A DNA stretch of 63,830 nt, counting the filler. It is 6 parts of 6 records of this genome, joined end to end, with 100 filler letters (N's around TTAATTAATTAA, not from the genome) between each part and the next. Parts side by side here need not be neighbours in the genome. Positions count along the whole stretch, not along the records: positions 36,499 to 48,506 come from SRR31147125_2678; positions 48,607 to 57,643 come from SRR31147125_2682; 4 more parts are not named here. One strand, written 5' to 3'. A program made the translations under genes and the position numbers. Positions 40,407-51,652 of the stretch are shown here, in pieces (positions within the stretch are counted from its first letter, which is position 1; each line of letters begins with the position of its first letter). The notes below the pieces were generated by a model. The model had not been told where the DNA came from and did no database searches. It worked only from the letters and a program-made list of their open reading frames with translations.

Positions 40407-41570
40407 ATGGATAATTTTGTATACTCTGCACCAACTAAATATATTTTTGGTAAAGATATAGAAGCTGGCGTTGGAAAAGAAATATTGAACTATGGAAAAA
40501 AGATACTTTTACACTATGGTGGGGGAAGTATAAAAAGAAATGGTCTTTATGACAAAGTTGTTGCTTCATTGAATGACAATAATATTGAATTTGTTGAGCT
40601 TGGTGGTGTTGAGCCTAACCCTAAATTAGAATTGGTTTACAAGGGCATTGAGATTTGTAAAAAAGAAAATGTAGATATGATTTTGGCTGTTGGCGGAGGA
40701 AGTGTAATAGATTCTTCTAAAGCTATTTCTATTGGACATAGGTATGATGGTGATGTATGGGATTTTTATACAGGTGAAGCTGTAGTTAAAAAGGCAACTC
40801 CAATAGCTACAATATTAACTATTGCAGCAGCTGGTAGCGAAGGTAGCACTGGTTCGGTTATTACAAAGACAGAAGGCGGTTATAAAAGGGCTGTTAATAG
40901 CTCACATATAATACCTAAGTTTTCTATGCTTAATCCAGAAACTACAATGAGTGTTCCTAATTACCACACTTTTGCAGGTACAACAGATATCTTAGCTCAT
41001 CTTATGGAAAGGTATTTTACTACAACAAAACATGTAGAATTTACTGATAGATTGATTGAAGCTACTATGAAAACAGTAATAAACAATGCTAAGATTTTAG
41101 TTGAAAACCCAGATGATTATAATGCTAGAGCTGAAGTGATGTGGGCAGGAACGATTGCTCATAATAACTTGTTAGATACAGGAAGAAACTCTTGTTGGGG
41201 ATCGCATGATATTGAACACGAAATAAGTGGTATTTATGATATCTCTCATGGTGCTGGTCTTGCAATAGTTTTCCCTGCGTGGATGAAATATGTATATAAA
41301 AACGATATTGAAAGATTCTGTCAGTTTTCTGTAAGAGTACTTGGCGTAGATGCCGACTTTTTTGATAACGAAAGAACTATTCAGCTTGGAATAAAGGCCT
41401 TTGAAGATTTTCTTGTAAGCATTGGTATGCCGACAAGGTTATCGGATATAGATATTGATGATAGTAGAATTTATGAGATGGCTAAAAAGGCTACAGAAAA
41501 AAATCCAGTTGGGAACTTTATTAAACTATATGAAAAAGATGTACTAGAGATATATAAGCTTGCGTTGTAA
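40407..41570 (+). CDS. Iron-containing alcohol (butanol) dehydrogenase
   Basis: YGGGSIKRNG, GVEPNP, AVGGGSVID, HDIEHE..HGAGLA. Confidence 0.92.
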   Translation: MDNFVYSAPTKYIFGKDIEAGVGKEILNYGKKILLHYGGGSIKRNGLYDKVVASLNDNNIEFVELGGVEPNPKLELVYKGIEICKKENVDMILAVGGGSVIDSSKAISIGHRYDGDVWDFYTGEAVVKKATPIATILTIAAAGSEGSTGSVITKTEGGYKRAVNSSHIIPKFSMLNPETTMSVPNYHTFAGTTDILAHLMERYFTTTKHVEFTDRLIEATMKTVINNAKILVENPDDYNARAEVMWAGTIAHNNLLDTGRNSCWGSHDIEHEISGIYDISHGAGLAIVFPAWMKYVYKNDIERFCQFSVRVLGVDADFFDNERTIQLGIKAFEDFLVSIGMPTRLSDIDIDDSRIYEMAKKATEKNPVGNFIKLYEKDVLEIYKLAL

Positions 41571-41625
41571 ATAGGATCATTTATAAGTATTATTTAAGAC
41601 ACAAATAATTAGAATTGAAATTTAT

Positions 41626-42534
41626 ATGATAGAATTAAAAAAGAATAAACATTTTTTATGGATAGCAACATTTGCTTGGGTTTTGCTGATATTTTGGTTT
41701 TCGTCAAAATCCAGCTTTGCTATTGTAAGTTTTTTTAAGGCTGCAGTTTTAAAGGTGATACAGGGGATTGAAGATATTGTAGGTGAGGATAACTTAAGCG
41801 TAAGCCTCACGTATTTTATTGTTCGAAAAATCTTACATTTTTCACTTTATACTGTTTTAGGTTACTTGGCTATTTCAGCAGTTATTAAAAGCAAACTTAA
41901 AAACAGTACAATCCTTCTTTTGCTGTTTGCGTGTGTTGCTTATCTTGTATTTGATGAAGTGAGGCAAGATGAAATTATATCGCGATACGCTAGCGCTTTT
42001 GATGTAGCAATTGGGTTTGCTGGTTTTTGCTTTGGCAGCTTTTTATATACTATACGAAAAGATTTAAAAGACATAGAAATTGATATAAAAATGTACGCAG
42101 GATGGCTGCCGGTTGTTGTTTGGATGTGCGTGATATTTTGGTTCTCGTCTCAATCAGGGTCGGAATCGGGTAAACTGAGCAAAAAAATTACGGAGATAGT
42201 ATTAAGTGTTGGCTCTAAAATATTCAGCGGACATTCTTTTACTTTTGAAGATGCACACACTGTTGTACGAAAATGTGCGCACTTTTTTATATATTTTGTT
42301 TTAGGCATACTTGTTTTAAATGCACTTGTAAAAAGTGGAATAAAAAAGAGTGCAGTTGTAATTGCTGTTGTAATATGTCTTGCATATGCAATATCAGATG
42401 AAATTCATCAGTTATATGTTGATAGCAGAGGTGGCAGCAGTAGAGATGTTTTGATTGATTTTTCTGGTCTGTTGATTGGGAGCGTATTGTACAGGTTACT
42501 GTTTTTTAATAAAAAAGCAATCGTAAAAAAATGA
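41626..42534 (+). CDS. VanZ-family membrane protein with two VanZ repeats
   Basis: IFWFSS..RKxxHF..DExxQ..DV occurs twice. Confidence 0.8.
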   Translation: MIELKKNKHFLWIATFAWVLLIFWFSSKSSFAIVSFFKAAVLKVIQGIEDIVGEDNLSVSLTYFIVRKILHFSLYTVLGYLAISAVIKSKLKNSTILLLLFACVAYLVFDEVRQDEIISRYASAFDVAIGFAGFCFGSFLYTIRKDLKDIEIDIKMYAGWLPVVVWMCVIFWFSSQSGSESGKLSKKITEIVLSVGSKIFSGHSFTFEDAHTVVRKCAHFFIYFVLGILVLNALVKSGIKKSAVVIAVVICLAYAISDEIHQLYVDSRGGSSRDVLIDFSGLLIGSVLYRLLFFNKKAIVKK

Positions 42535-42542
42535 TTGCTTTT
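42513..42542 (+). terminator. Hairpin overlapping the VanZ stop codon
   Basis: AAAAGCAATC/GATTGCTTTT. Confidence 0.55.
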
Positions 42543-42635
42543 ATCAATTCTTTTAAAAGAAGCAAATGTTAATTTTTTATTATTGTAATGGAATAATTAT
42601 AATATCAAATGCAATATCTAAAAGGAGTACTAGGC

Positions 42636-44872
42636 ATGATCATATCAGATAGTATTATTAAGAAAACTCAAAAAATTTTTTCTAAAGCAAAGCAAGAAAA
42701 TAGAGATGTTCTTTATGAACATGAAGTATACGGTGTGTTAGATATATTGGGTATTGATACACCAAAATATGTTTTTATTAAGAGCTCACATGATGTTAAT
42801 CAGGATGTTCTTTCGGACTTTGGTAAGGAAATTGTTATTAAAGTTGTTTCTAAAGATATTGCTCATAAGCAAAAGGTTGGCGGTGTAAAAAAAATATTTG
42901 TTCACGATGAGCTTTTTGTTAAGTACGTTATAGATAGCATGAAAAGAGAAGTGCTTTCTAACTTTGATGAAAGCAAACCGGATATTTCTGGATTTATTGT
43001 AGTTGAAGCGGTAGAGTTTACTCAGACACTTGGAGCAGAAATATTGATGGGTATAAGTATGGATAGAGACTTTGGGCCTGTACTTACACTATCTAAGGGT
43101 GGGGATGATGCTGAGTTTTTTGCTGAAAATTTTGATCCTGCAAATATATCATTACCACTACATAATAAAGAACAAGCGCTAAAGCTTGCTCAGAGCATGA
43201 AAATAAGCAAAAAGTATGAAAACATAGGTCACAGTGAGTATATCAATATGATTGGTGATGTTGCATATTCGCTTAGTAAATTTGCCTACGCTTTTTCTAA
43301 GCTTAATGAATGCAAGACGGAATACTATATAAAGAGCATGGATATCAATCCGTTTGTATTTACTAAAGATAATAGATTTATGGCTATTGACGGATATGCA
43401 GAGTTTGAATCTTGTAGTGAAGTTCCAATACGTTACGTTAACGTAAATGGTATTGATAAGGTGTTTAAACCCAAAGGTATTGCTATACTTGGTGTATCCA
43501 CTGATATACATAAACAGAGCCTTGCCAATGAAATATTAAAGCTAATCATGGACTTTGAAAGAGATGATATATATTGTATTAACCCTAAAGGTGGAACGGT
43601 ATCGGTTAAAGACAAAGAGTTCAAACTATATGCTAGCTTTGAAGATTTGCCGTGCAAAGTTGATATGGCGGTTTACGCTGCTCCAGCAAAATACCTTCCT
43701 TCATTTTTTGAAAACTTAGAAACAAAAAAACCAAAGTCAGTTATTCTCATTCCAGGAATACCATCCGGTATGGAGTATAGAGAGTTTGAGGATAAGTTGG
43801 ATTCGGTCATTCCTAAAGGCGTAAGAATTGTTGGTCCAAACTGTATGGGCGTGTTTTTTGCACCCAATAAAATAGGGGAAGGTCTTAACACTTTATTTTT
43901 GGATGAAGAAAGACTAAAAATTGAGTATGGCGAATTTTCTAATGTGGCTATGCTTACTCAAAGTGGAGGTCTTTCGGTTACTTTGATTGATAAATATTCT
44001 CATACGCCTGTATTTAAATCTATAGTTAGTTTTGGAAATAAATACGATATTACGTTAGCTGATTTATTAGCGTATTTTGAAAAGCAAGACGAGGTAGAAG
44101 TTATAGCAATGTATCTTGAAGGGTTTGAGCCCATGGAAGGTAGAATGTTCTTTGAGCTTGCAAAAGATGCAACTAAGCCTCTTGTTTTATATAAGGGTGG
44201 AAGAACAGAAGAAGGAGCTAAGGCTGCGTTATCACATACTGCAGCAATGACTGGCAACTACGAGGTTTTGGAGGCCGCGTGTAAACAAACAGGTGTTATT
44301 CTTGTAGAAGATGTAGAGATATATGCTGATGTTGTAAAAGGATTTGCTTTGCTAGCTAAAAGGGAGTTTACCGGTGTGAATGTAGCTGCTATTTCTAATG
44401 CAGGGTTTGAAACCACAATGTTTTCTGACGAGCTTGGTTCTATGAGCATTGCTCCTTTAAGCAAAGAAACATTGCAGGAGCTAGATGAAATAAACACTCA
44501 CGGATTAGCTTCGGTTAAAACAGCTATATTGGATGTGACGCCAATGACAGATGATATTATGTATGGAAGGTTTATAGAAGCTCTTTTAAAAGATGATGGG
44601 GTGGATGCCGTAATGGTAAGTGTTATGCCGCATCCTGAGGCATTAAAGGGTATTGCACCTGACTGTTATGATAGTGATTCTGTTGCAAATATTATCTGTG
44701 ATTTATATAAAAAATATAACAAGCCCATTGTAGTAAGTGTTGATGCTGGAGATTTTTATAGAGACTTTATATCTATTTTAGAAAAAAAGGCATAGCCGTG
44801 TATGACAATGTTAAGAGTGCGGCTAAGGTTTTGGATATTGTATCTCTTTGGCACGATAAAAAACGAAAATAG
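42636..44872 (+). CDS. NDP-forming acyl-CoA synthetase family (ATP-grasp domain N-terminal, CoA-binding domains C-terminal); frameshift near 44782
   Basis: KVVSKDIAHK, DFGPV, DINP, GPNCMG, TQSGG, SFGNK, SHTAAM. One added A restores EKKGIAVY..*. Confidence 0.85.
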
Positions 44873-44973
44873 TCTGTACGAAAATTATTTTAGAGAATAA
44901 CTTTACTATTCTTATTAATATATTTATTTATAAGTAATCTAAACTTATTAATATAATTTTTAAGGATATATAA

Positions 44974-45690
44974 ATGCTTTTTAATTTGCTTATTGCAAGC
45001 TTTGTTGCAGGTAGCGTAGGAACTGGCTTTGGGTGTTATCTTGCAATTTTGATTAAAGAAAAAGGTAAAGCTGATTTTTTATATGGTTTTACTTCAGGGT
45101 TTATAATAGTAATTGTTATGTTGGATTTAATTCCATCTTCAATAAGATTTAGTAATTATTATATAAGTATGCTTAGTATTTTGCTAGGAACTGCTTTTGT
45201 ATTTTTGTTAAATAGAGTACTAAATGCTGGTATATGTGAAAAGCATAGAAACATGGGTGTGCTTTTGTTTATTGCGATCACTCTTCATAACTTTCCTGAA
45301 GGAGTTGCAGTTGGTGCTGGTTTTGAAATTGAATTTGCATTTGCTATATTTATTGCTATTATAATGGCGATACATAATATACCAGAAGGTATGGCGATGG
45401 GGATTAGTCTTTTACAGTCTAATAAGACAAGATCGCAAGTGATTATTTTTGGTATCGTTGCTGGTTTACCTACATGTATAGGAGCGATTGCTGGAAATAT
45501 CTTTGCAAAAATCAGCCAAGTATTTGTTGGCGCAGGTCTTGGTTTTGCAAGCGGAGCGATGATATTTGTTTGTCTTTCAGAGTTAATTCCTTACGGAAAG
45601 AAAGTGAATGTAAACTTATTTTACATTTATTTAGTTTTTGGGGCTATAATTGGTCAAATTATTTTGATTTTATTTAAAAATCTGATATAA
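44974..45690 (+). CDS. ZIP-family metal transporter (ZupT-like)
   Basis: LHNFPEG and IHNIPEG. Confidence 0.9.
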   Translation: MLFNLLIASFVAGSVGTGFGCYLAILIKEKGKADFLYGFTSGFIIVIVMLDLIPSSIRFSNYYISMLSILLGTAFVFLLNRVLNAGICEKHRNMGVLLFIAITLHNFPEGVAVGAGFEIEFAFAIFIAIIMAIHNIPEGMAMGISLLQSNKTRSQVIIFGIVAGLPTCIGAIAGNIFAKISQVFVGAGLGFASGAMIFVCLSELIPYGKKVNVNLFYIYLVFGAIIGQIILILFKNLI

Positions 45691-45716
45691 TTATTTTTAA
45701 TAGATTTGGAGGAGAA

Positions 45717-46766
45717 ATGTACAATACAATTAATATAGATATAGAAAAAGATTATGAGGCTGGTATAGAGAAAGCATGTAGCCTTATAATGGACAATGAG
45801 TTGGTGGTTTTTCCAACTGAAACAGTATATGGTCTTGGAGCAAACGCTTTAAGCGAAGAAGCTGTTAAAAAAGTTTTTACAGCAAAAGGAAGACCACAAG
45901 ATAATCCACTTATAACACATGTAAGTAGCATAGAACACGCAAAAAAGCTAGCATATATAGATGAAAAAACAGAAAGCATTCTTCGTGAGTTTTGGCCTGG
46001 TGCTTTCACCGCTGTTTTAAAAAAGAAAGATATAATACCGGACATAGTAACAGCTGGGCTTGATACAATTGCTATTCGTATACCAGAAAGCAAATCTATG
46101 CTTGATGTGATAAACAGGACAGGGATTCCTATTGCTGCACCTAGCGCAAATAAATCCGGCAGTCCTAGCCCTACGCATGCTTTTCATGTTCACGCAGACT
46201 TATCAGGACGTGTACCTCTTATTTTAGATGGTGGTGGCGCAAAATATGGTTTGGAATCTACAGTGTGTGATTTAACTAAAAGAACACCACTTATATTAAG
46301 ACCAGGATCAGTTACTGCAGAACAAATAAAAGATTTTTATGGGTCAGTAAAGATTAGCCCTCACGTACTAGGTCCGCTTGCTCCGGACGAAGTTCCTATC
46401 AGCCCAGGAATAAAGCACAAACACTATTCACCGAATGCAGATATTGTGGTTATAAAAGGACCAAAGGAAAACACTATAAAGAAGATAATTGAATTATATG
46501 ATGAAGACGAAAAGAATGGCATTGTACCAGTAATCTTTTGTTATAAAGAGGATGCAAAGGAGTTTGGTGATAGACAAATTGTTTTTCAGGGCGAAAATCA
46601 AAACATCAACGATGTTGCAAAAAATCTTTTTAAAAACTTACGAGATATTGATAAACAAGGGTATAATAAAGTGTTTTTTCAATCTGTACCAACTACTGGT
46701 ATTGGACTTGCTGTTATGAATAGAATAATAAGAGCTGCTGAATTTGATTTATTACTTGTTAAATAA
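45717..46766 (+). CDS. sua5: L-threonylcarbamoyladenylate synthase (Sua5)
   Basis: FPTETVYGLGA, KGRPQDNPLI, APSANKSG, PGIKHKHYSP. Confidence 0.95.
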   Translation: MYNTINIDIEKDYEAGIEKACSLIMDNELVVFPTETVYGLGANALSEEAVKKVFTAKGRPQDNPLITHVSSIEHAKKLAYIDEKTESILREFWPGAFTAVLKKKDIIPDIVTAGLDTIAIRIPESKSMLDVINRTGIPIAAPSANKSGSPSPTHAFHVHADLSGRVPLILDGGGAKYGLESTVCDLTKRTPLILRPGSVTAEQIKDFYGSVKISPHVLGPLAPDEVPISPGIKHKHYSPNADIVVIKGPKENTIKKIIELYDEDEKNGIVPVIFCYKEDAKEFGDRQIVFQGENQNINDVAKNLFKNLRDIDKQGYNKVFFQSVPTTGIGLAVMNRIIRAAEFDLLLVK

Positions 46767-46825
46767 ATTTTTATATTTTGACATTAAAATACTGAAAACT
46801 TATAAATTGAAAGGATAAACAAATA

Positions 46826-47302
46826 ATGAACGTTTTAATGGTTTGTACTGGTAATACATGTAGAAGCCCAATGGCATCTGAAATGTTAAAAGAGATGTCG
46901 GATGAAATCCCCGAGATACGAAGTTTGAAAATTAAGTCATCAGGAACTTTTGCTGCAGAAGATATACCTGCAACAGAAGAAGCTGTAAGTGTTATGAGTG
47001 AAAGAGGTTATGATATAAAAAAACATCGCTCTCAGCAATTTAATGAAGAATTAGCAAACTGGGCCGATATGATATTGACTATGGAAGCAAAGCATATTGA
47101 ACACATTGAAGCTATGGTGCCAAACGCTGAGAGTAAATGCCACACTCTTTTGGGCTATGTACAAGGAGTAGAAGGGTATCCTGGCGATGTAAGCTTTGAT
47201 ATTTCAGATCCTTTTGGAGAACCTATGGATGAATATATAGAGTGTGCTGATATTTTACAAACAGCGATAAAAAAACTTTGTGAAATTTTGTCCAAAAATT
47301 AG
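46826..47302 (+). CDS. ywlE: Low-molecular-weight protein (arginine) phosphatase
   Basis: CTGNTCRS and DISDPFG; lies between sua5 and rpiB. Confidence 0.85.
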   Translation: MNVLMVCTGNTCRSPMASEMLKEMSDEIPEIRSLKIKSSGTFAAEDIPATEEAVSVMSERGYDIKKHRSQQFNEELANWADMILTMEAKHIEHIEAMVPNAESKCHTLLGYVQGVEGYPGDVSFDISDPFGEPMDEYIECADILQTAIKKLCEILSKN

Positions 47303-47399
47303 TGTATATTTGTTGCAAATACTCGATTTGTTCTGTATAATTATATTTGTATTTAAAAATACGTATAAATATTTCTCATTCTATGAAGGGTAAATAATA

Positions 47400-47852
47400 A
47401 TGAAAATAGCAATAGGCGGAGACCACGCATCAGTTTATTTAAAAAAGACTATAGTAGAAGAGCTTGAAAGTAAGGGTCACGAAGTAACAGATTTAGGAAC
47501 GTATACGTCTGAATCTGTGGACTATCCAGACTACGGAAAAAAAGTAGCAGAAGCTGTTTCTTTTGGTGGATTTGATAGGGGAATAGCAATATGCGGAACT
47601 GGAATTGGAATATCCATTTCTGCTAATAAGGTAAAAGGAATAAGATGTGCCTTATGTAGTGATGTTTTTAGCGCGAAAGCAACTAGGTTGCATAACGATA
47701 CTAACGTCCTTGCATTAGGTGAAAGAGCTGTGGGTGCTGGTCTTGCATTAGAAATTGTTAATGCATGGATAGACACTCCTTTTTCTTTTGACGAAAGACA
47801 CGTAAAAAGAGTAAATAAGATTACTGCAATAGAGGAAAAATACTATAAATAA
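47400..47852 (+). CDS. rpiB: Ribose-5-phosphate isomerase B
   Basis: GDHA, DYPD, ICGTGIG, HNDTNVL. Confidence 0.95.
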   Translation: MKIAIGGDHASVYLKKTIVEELESKGHEVTDLGTYTSESVDYPDYGKKVAEAVSFGGFDRGIAICGTGIGISISANKVKGIRCALCSDVFSAKATRLHNDTNVLALGERAVGAGLALEIVNAWIDTPFSFDERHVKRVNKITAIEEKYYK

Positions 47853-47872
47853 AAAAGATTTTAGGGGTAATT

Positions 47873-48502
47873 ATGGCTAATGTAGTAGAAATGAAACATC
47901 CGCTTATTAAGCATAAAATTTCACTTTTAAGAGATAAGCGCACAGGTACAAAGGATTTTAGAGAACTTGCAACAGAGCTTTCGATGCTTATGGCTTACGA
48001 GGTAACTTATGATTTGCCTCTTAAAGAAGTTACTATTGAAACGCCAGTTGCACAAGCTAAGACTTTTGTAACAGGAGGAAGACACATAGCTATTGTGCCT
48101 ATCTTACGTGCAGGTCTTGGGATGGTTGAAGGGTTTTTAAAGCTTATTCCATCTGCGAAAGTTGGACATGTTGGTGTTTACCGAGACCCTGAAACATTAA
48201 AACCTGTAAAATACTATTATAAAATGCCTTCTGATATAGTGGAGCGTGATGTAGTGGTAGTTGACCCGATGCTTGCTACTGGTGGCAGTGCTTGTGGTTG
48301 CATAGACCTTTTAAAAGAAGAAGGTGTAAAAAATATTAAATTTGTATGCTTGATTGCAGCACCAGAGGGCGTACAAGAGCTACAAAAACATCATCCTGAT
48401 GTTGAAATATTTGTAGGAAATATCGATGAAAAACTTAATGATCATGCATATATTGTTCCAGGCCTCGGCGACGCAGGGGACAGATTATTTGGAACAAAAT
48501 AA
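47873..48502 (+). CDS. upp: Uracil phosphoribosyltransferase
   Basis: [32 protein letters not shown]. Confidence 0.97.
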   Translation: MANVVEMKHPLIKHKISLLRDKRTGTKDFRELATELSMLMAYEVTYDLPLKEVTIETPVAQAKTFVTGGRHIAIVPILRAGLGMVEGFLKLIPSAKVGHVGVYRDPETLKPVKYYYKMPSDIVERDVVVVDPMLATGGSACGCIDLLKEEGVKNIKFVCLIAAPEGVQELQKHHPDVEIFVGNIDEKLNDHAYIVPGLGDAGDRLFGTK

Positions 48503-48506
48503 CCAA

Positions 48507-48606
48507 NNNNNNNNNNNNNNNNNNNNNNNNNNNNNNNNNNNNNNNNNNNNTTAATTAATTAANNNNNNNNNNNNNNNNNNNNNNNNNNNNNNNNNNNNNN
48601 NNNNNN
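48507..48606. other. Artificial contig-joining spacer
   Basis: N44-TTAATTAATTAA-N44. Confidence 0.98.
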
Positions 48607-48811
48607 TTTTTTCTCAATGATATTTGGAAGTTTAGCTTTTTTTGCACCATTAACATACTCTGTCGCTGGAAGCATAATGGGAAATGTAATCAAAAGCGGA
48701 AATGTATTAAAAGCAATTAATCGTGTCATGGCTGTATTTTTATTCATATTAGCGGCAATGATAGTTAGAGATCATGTCTATTTAGTGCTAATGGGTGTTA
48801 ATGCATATTGA
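48607..48811 (+). CDS. LysE-family translocator, C-terminal fragment
   Basis: Hydrophobic helices with INRVMAVFLFILA; adjacent to an AraC regulator. Confidence 0.55.
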
Positions 48812-48835
48812 TTTAGATAAACTAGGAGTAAAGGT

Positions 48836-49672
48836 ATGAAGTGTAAAATAGAAGATAATAAATTTAATTATAAAAATACAAATAGTGTAAAAGGTGCAAT
48901 TATGATGGAAGCTGATATGTATGACTTTAACTTCAAAATGCATTCACATGAGGAGTTCCTGATAGGTGTAACGAAAAAGGGAATACAGACTTTTAATTGC
49001 AAAGGGGAGCAACACAAGGTTAATCCGGGAGGAATAATGACCTTTAATCCTGATGACGCTCATGATGGACATTCTGAGCTTGAGACAGGACTTAATTATG
49101 AAATGTTCTATATAGATCAAAAAACAATAGATAGAGTAGTTAAAGGTATATGCGGAGAGAAATCAGCTAATTTCCATTTCAAAGATACTGTACAGTATGA
49201 TAATGAACTTGCTAAGCAAATATTGAATTTATTTAATACTGCTTCTATAGATGAAAAAAATGATTTAGAAACACAAGATAAATTTTTCGATGTAATATCC
49301 AGAGTTATGATAAAATACGGTGATTTTTCAAAGGAAAAAATGGATGTTATAAGAGATAATACCTTGGTTGAGAAGGCAAAAAATTACATGAGACAAAATG
49401 CCGGATCAAACATATCGCTTAATGATATTGCCAATGAAGTAGGTGTTTCTCCATTTTACTTTTCAAGAATGTTTAAAAAAACCACAGGCTTACCACCACA
49501 TAGTTACTTAAATCAGTGTAGGATAGCTCTGGTAAAAGAGAGTATAGGGGAAGATGTATCACTAGCTGAGTTAGCAATAAATGCTGGCTTTAATGACCAG
49601 AGTCATATGAATAGAAGGTTTAAAGAAGCAATGGGAGTAACACCAGGGCAGTATAGGAAAATATTAGTGTAA
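48836..49672 (+). CDS. AraC-family transcriptional regulator
   Basis: HSHEEF cupin; double HTH FSRMFKKTTG and AGFNDQSHMNRRFK..GVTPGQY. Confidence 0.93.
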   Translation: MKCKIEDNKFNYKNTNSVKGAIMMEADMYDFNFKMHSHEEFLIGVTKKGIQTFNCKGEQHKVNPGGIMTFNPDDAHDGHSELETGLNYEMFYIDQKTIDRVVKGICGEKSANFHFKDTVQYDNELAKQILNLFNTASIDEKNDLETQDKFFDVISRVMIKYGDFSKEKMDVIRDNTLVEKAKNYMRQNAGSNISLNDIANEVGVSPFYFSRMFKKTTGLPPHSYLNQCRIALVKESIGEDVSLAELAINAGFNDQSHMNRRFKEAMGVTPGQYRKILV

Positions 49673-49685
49673 AAGAATAAAAATA

Positions 49686-49726
49686 AAAACTAGCTGTAGT
49701 AGCAAAAGCTCACTACAGCTAGTTTT
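49686..49726 (+). terminator. Intrinsic terminator after the AraC gene
   Basis: 15-bp IR AAAACTAGCTGTAGT/ACTACAGCTAGTTTT. Confidence 0.8.
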
Positions 49727-49739
49727 AATTTACAAAACA

Positions 49740-49777
49740 AAACAAGAGTTAAGTCGGTAGAAACTTAACTCTTGTTT
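49740..49777 (-). terminator. Second terminator hairpin (minus-strand transcript)
   Basis: 15-bp IR AAACAAGAGTTAAGT/ACTTAACTCTTGTTT. Confidence 0.7.
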
Positions 49778-49873
49778 AAACAAATGTGTGATGCTATTCA
49801 ACACATTAATTATATATTAATTTAGATATTTTTTATTGGATAATCTTGCGCTTTTATAATTTTTTTACAAAAA

Positions 49874-50140
49874 TTAAATTTGATTACGATTGTTTAAATT
49901 TTCATCATATTTTCTCTTTAGCTCTTCTCGGAAGTCCTTTGGTAAACTATGCCACCTTACACTTTGCAGAGCACCCTCTATAGCGTATAGTTTGTTGTAA
50001 CAAGCTTCACCTTTTAAAGCCAACCTAGACACTGCTTCGATACTCCCTAGTTCTCTAAGCTCCTCTTCATTTGTGATACCAACTTCAATTAACAGCTTTT
50101 CAAGAGTTTTACCAATATTTGGCATATCAGATAGTTTCAT
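49874..50140 (-). CDS. TfoX/Sxy C-terminal domain protein
   Basis: LSDMPNIGKTLEKLLIEVGI and LYAIEGA..RWH. Confidence 0.85.
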   Translation of the reverse strand: MKLSDMPNIGKTLEKLLIEVGITNEEELRELGSIEAVSRLALKGEACYNKLYAIEGALQSVRWHSLPKDFREELKRKYDENLNNRNQI

Positions 50141-50192
50141 ATTTCCTCCTCTTTACTTGAGAGATGAATCTAATAAGTGTAATGTCTCAATT

Positions 50193-51304
50193 TTATTCCT
50201 CTAAAGTTTTAAGTAACTGATTTTTAAATAGTTCAGTTGCTTTTCTATCTCCCCAGTGTTTTGCACAACCTGAAAAGTTTAATAGTACACACTGTGAAGG
50301 AATGTTGAGTCTCCTCATCTCATAACCACCAGTTAAAAGATTAAGTAAACAAGCAACACCAATTAAGCCAGTATGCTCTTGATTTTTCCACTGCTCTAAA
50401 TATTTGGAAAAGTTAGATGAGTGTGGAATTAATTGCACTTTGAAATTGTGAGTTTTTCCTAATTTGCTGATTTTAGAGATATTACAACTATCTGTACACT
50501 CCATGCAATCGTAGGCAAAATCAGTTTTAACTCCTTTACACTGTTCTCCAATACTCATACACGTAGGTAACAAAACAATTTTATTTTTTGTAGCAAGAAA
50601 TTTCTTTCTATATACTCTATTAAGTATCTCGGCGCATATCATATTTAGATAATATTCATTATGTTTTCTACCTGTAAATATTATATTTTCTCTATTTTTA
50701 TATTCTGTAGCTTGAGTTTTTAGAAAGAGCTTTGTGTTTCCCAAATAACCCTTTAGGTAATTAGAACAAACAGTTCTCATATGTTCAGATAAGGCAATTG
50801 CTGAATGAATCACTTGCTTAAAATTAACATCTGAGATAGTTTCAATATATTTTTGCCAATTTTTAAAACGTCGAAGTTCTTCATTGAACTCACCAGATGC
50901 AGCGAGCCAATTTAATAATTTATTAAAATTTTCTTTACTAATTTTAACTTGAAATGTCTCCTGTTTAAGTAGATACTTTGTTTGAAGAACACCTCTTAAA
51001 CTGTCAACATGTGGCTTTAGACTAGGTGTTTTCTCCCTTAGTTGATAAAGATTTTGTAGTAATTTCGATTTAGAAGGACTTAGTTTTACAGCGTTTCGAC
51101 TGTAATTAATCCATAATGTCCCCAAGATTAATAATTCGATGAGATACTCCTCATTAAATCTTTTTTTTCTAAATCTTCAGCTTCTATAAAAGCAGTAAAG
51201 TCTTTTATAGAAGTATTAGTTTTTCCATATTCTATAATTGCATCAGCTGCATGTGCAACATCTTCATAATAGTGCTGTCCTAATAAGTAAGTTTTTGGAA
51301 ACAT
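50193..51304 (-). CDS. DUF116-family Cys-rich protein; frameshift in the run at 51161-51168
   Basis: LLPTCM..C..CMECTDSC and IGVACLLNL..PSQCVLL..C..HW. An N-terminus MFPKTY.. (ATG at 51304) lies in another frame. Confidence 0.7.
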
Positions 51305-51577
51305 AGTCTCACCCTATTTCTTTTAAATAAAATCCATAGTATATATATCAATTCTACTATAAAAATCAAAGTTTTTAAAGTTTTTATAAAAAAAAGCAAG
51401 TTTTCTTTAAATTTCTTGTCACTATTTAAATAGTGTAAAGACCTATTTTGTTCTAAGGTGTGATATGTGGATGAATTGTTACTTTTTATTATAGATAATC
51501 AAAAAAAATTAAAGAATCGGCAATTTTTTTATTTGATGATAAATAATGGGATTTAACAAGGAAAATCTTGATTAGTT

Positions 51578-51606
51578 TTGAAAAGAATATATATACGAAG
51601 TATAAT
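51578..51606 (+). promoter_or_regulatory. Sigma70 promoter of the PHP gene
   Basis: TTGAAA-N17-TATAAT. Confidence 0.7.
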
Positions 51607-51652
51607 ACTAATGGATGAGATAGTAAATTTATATAGAAAAGGAGGGAGTGCA

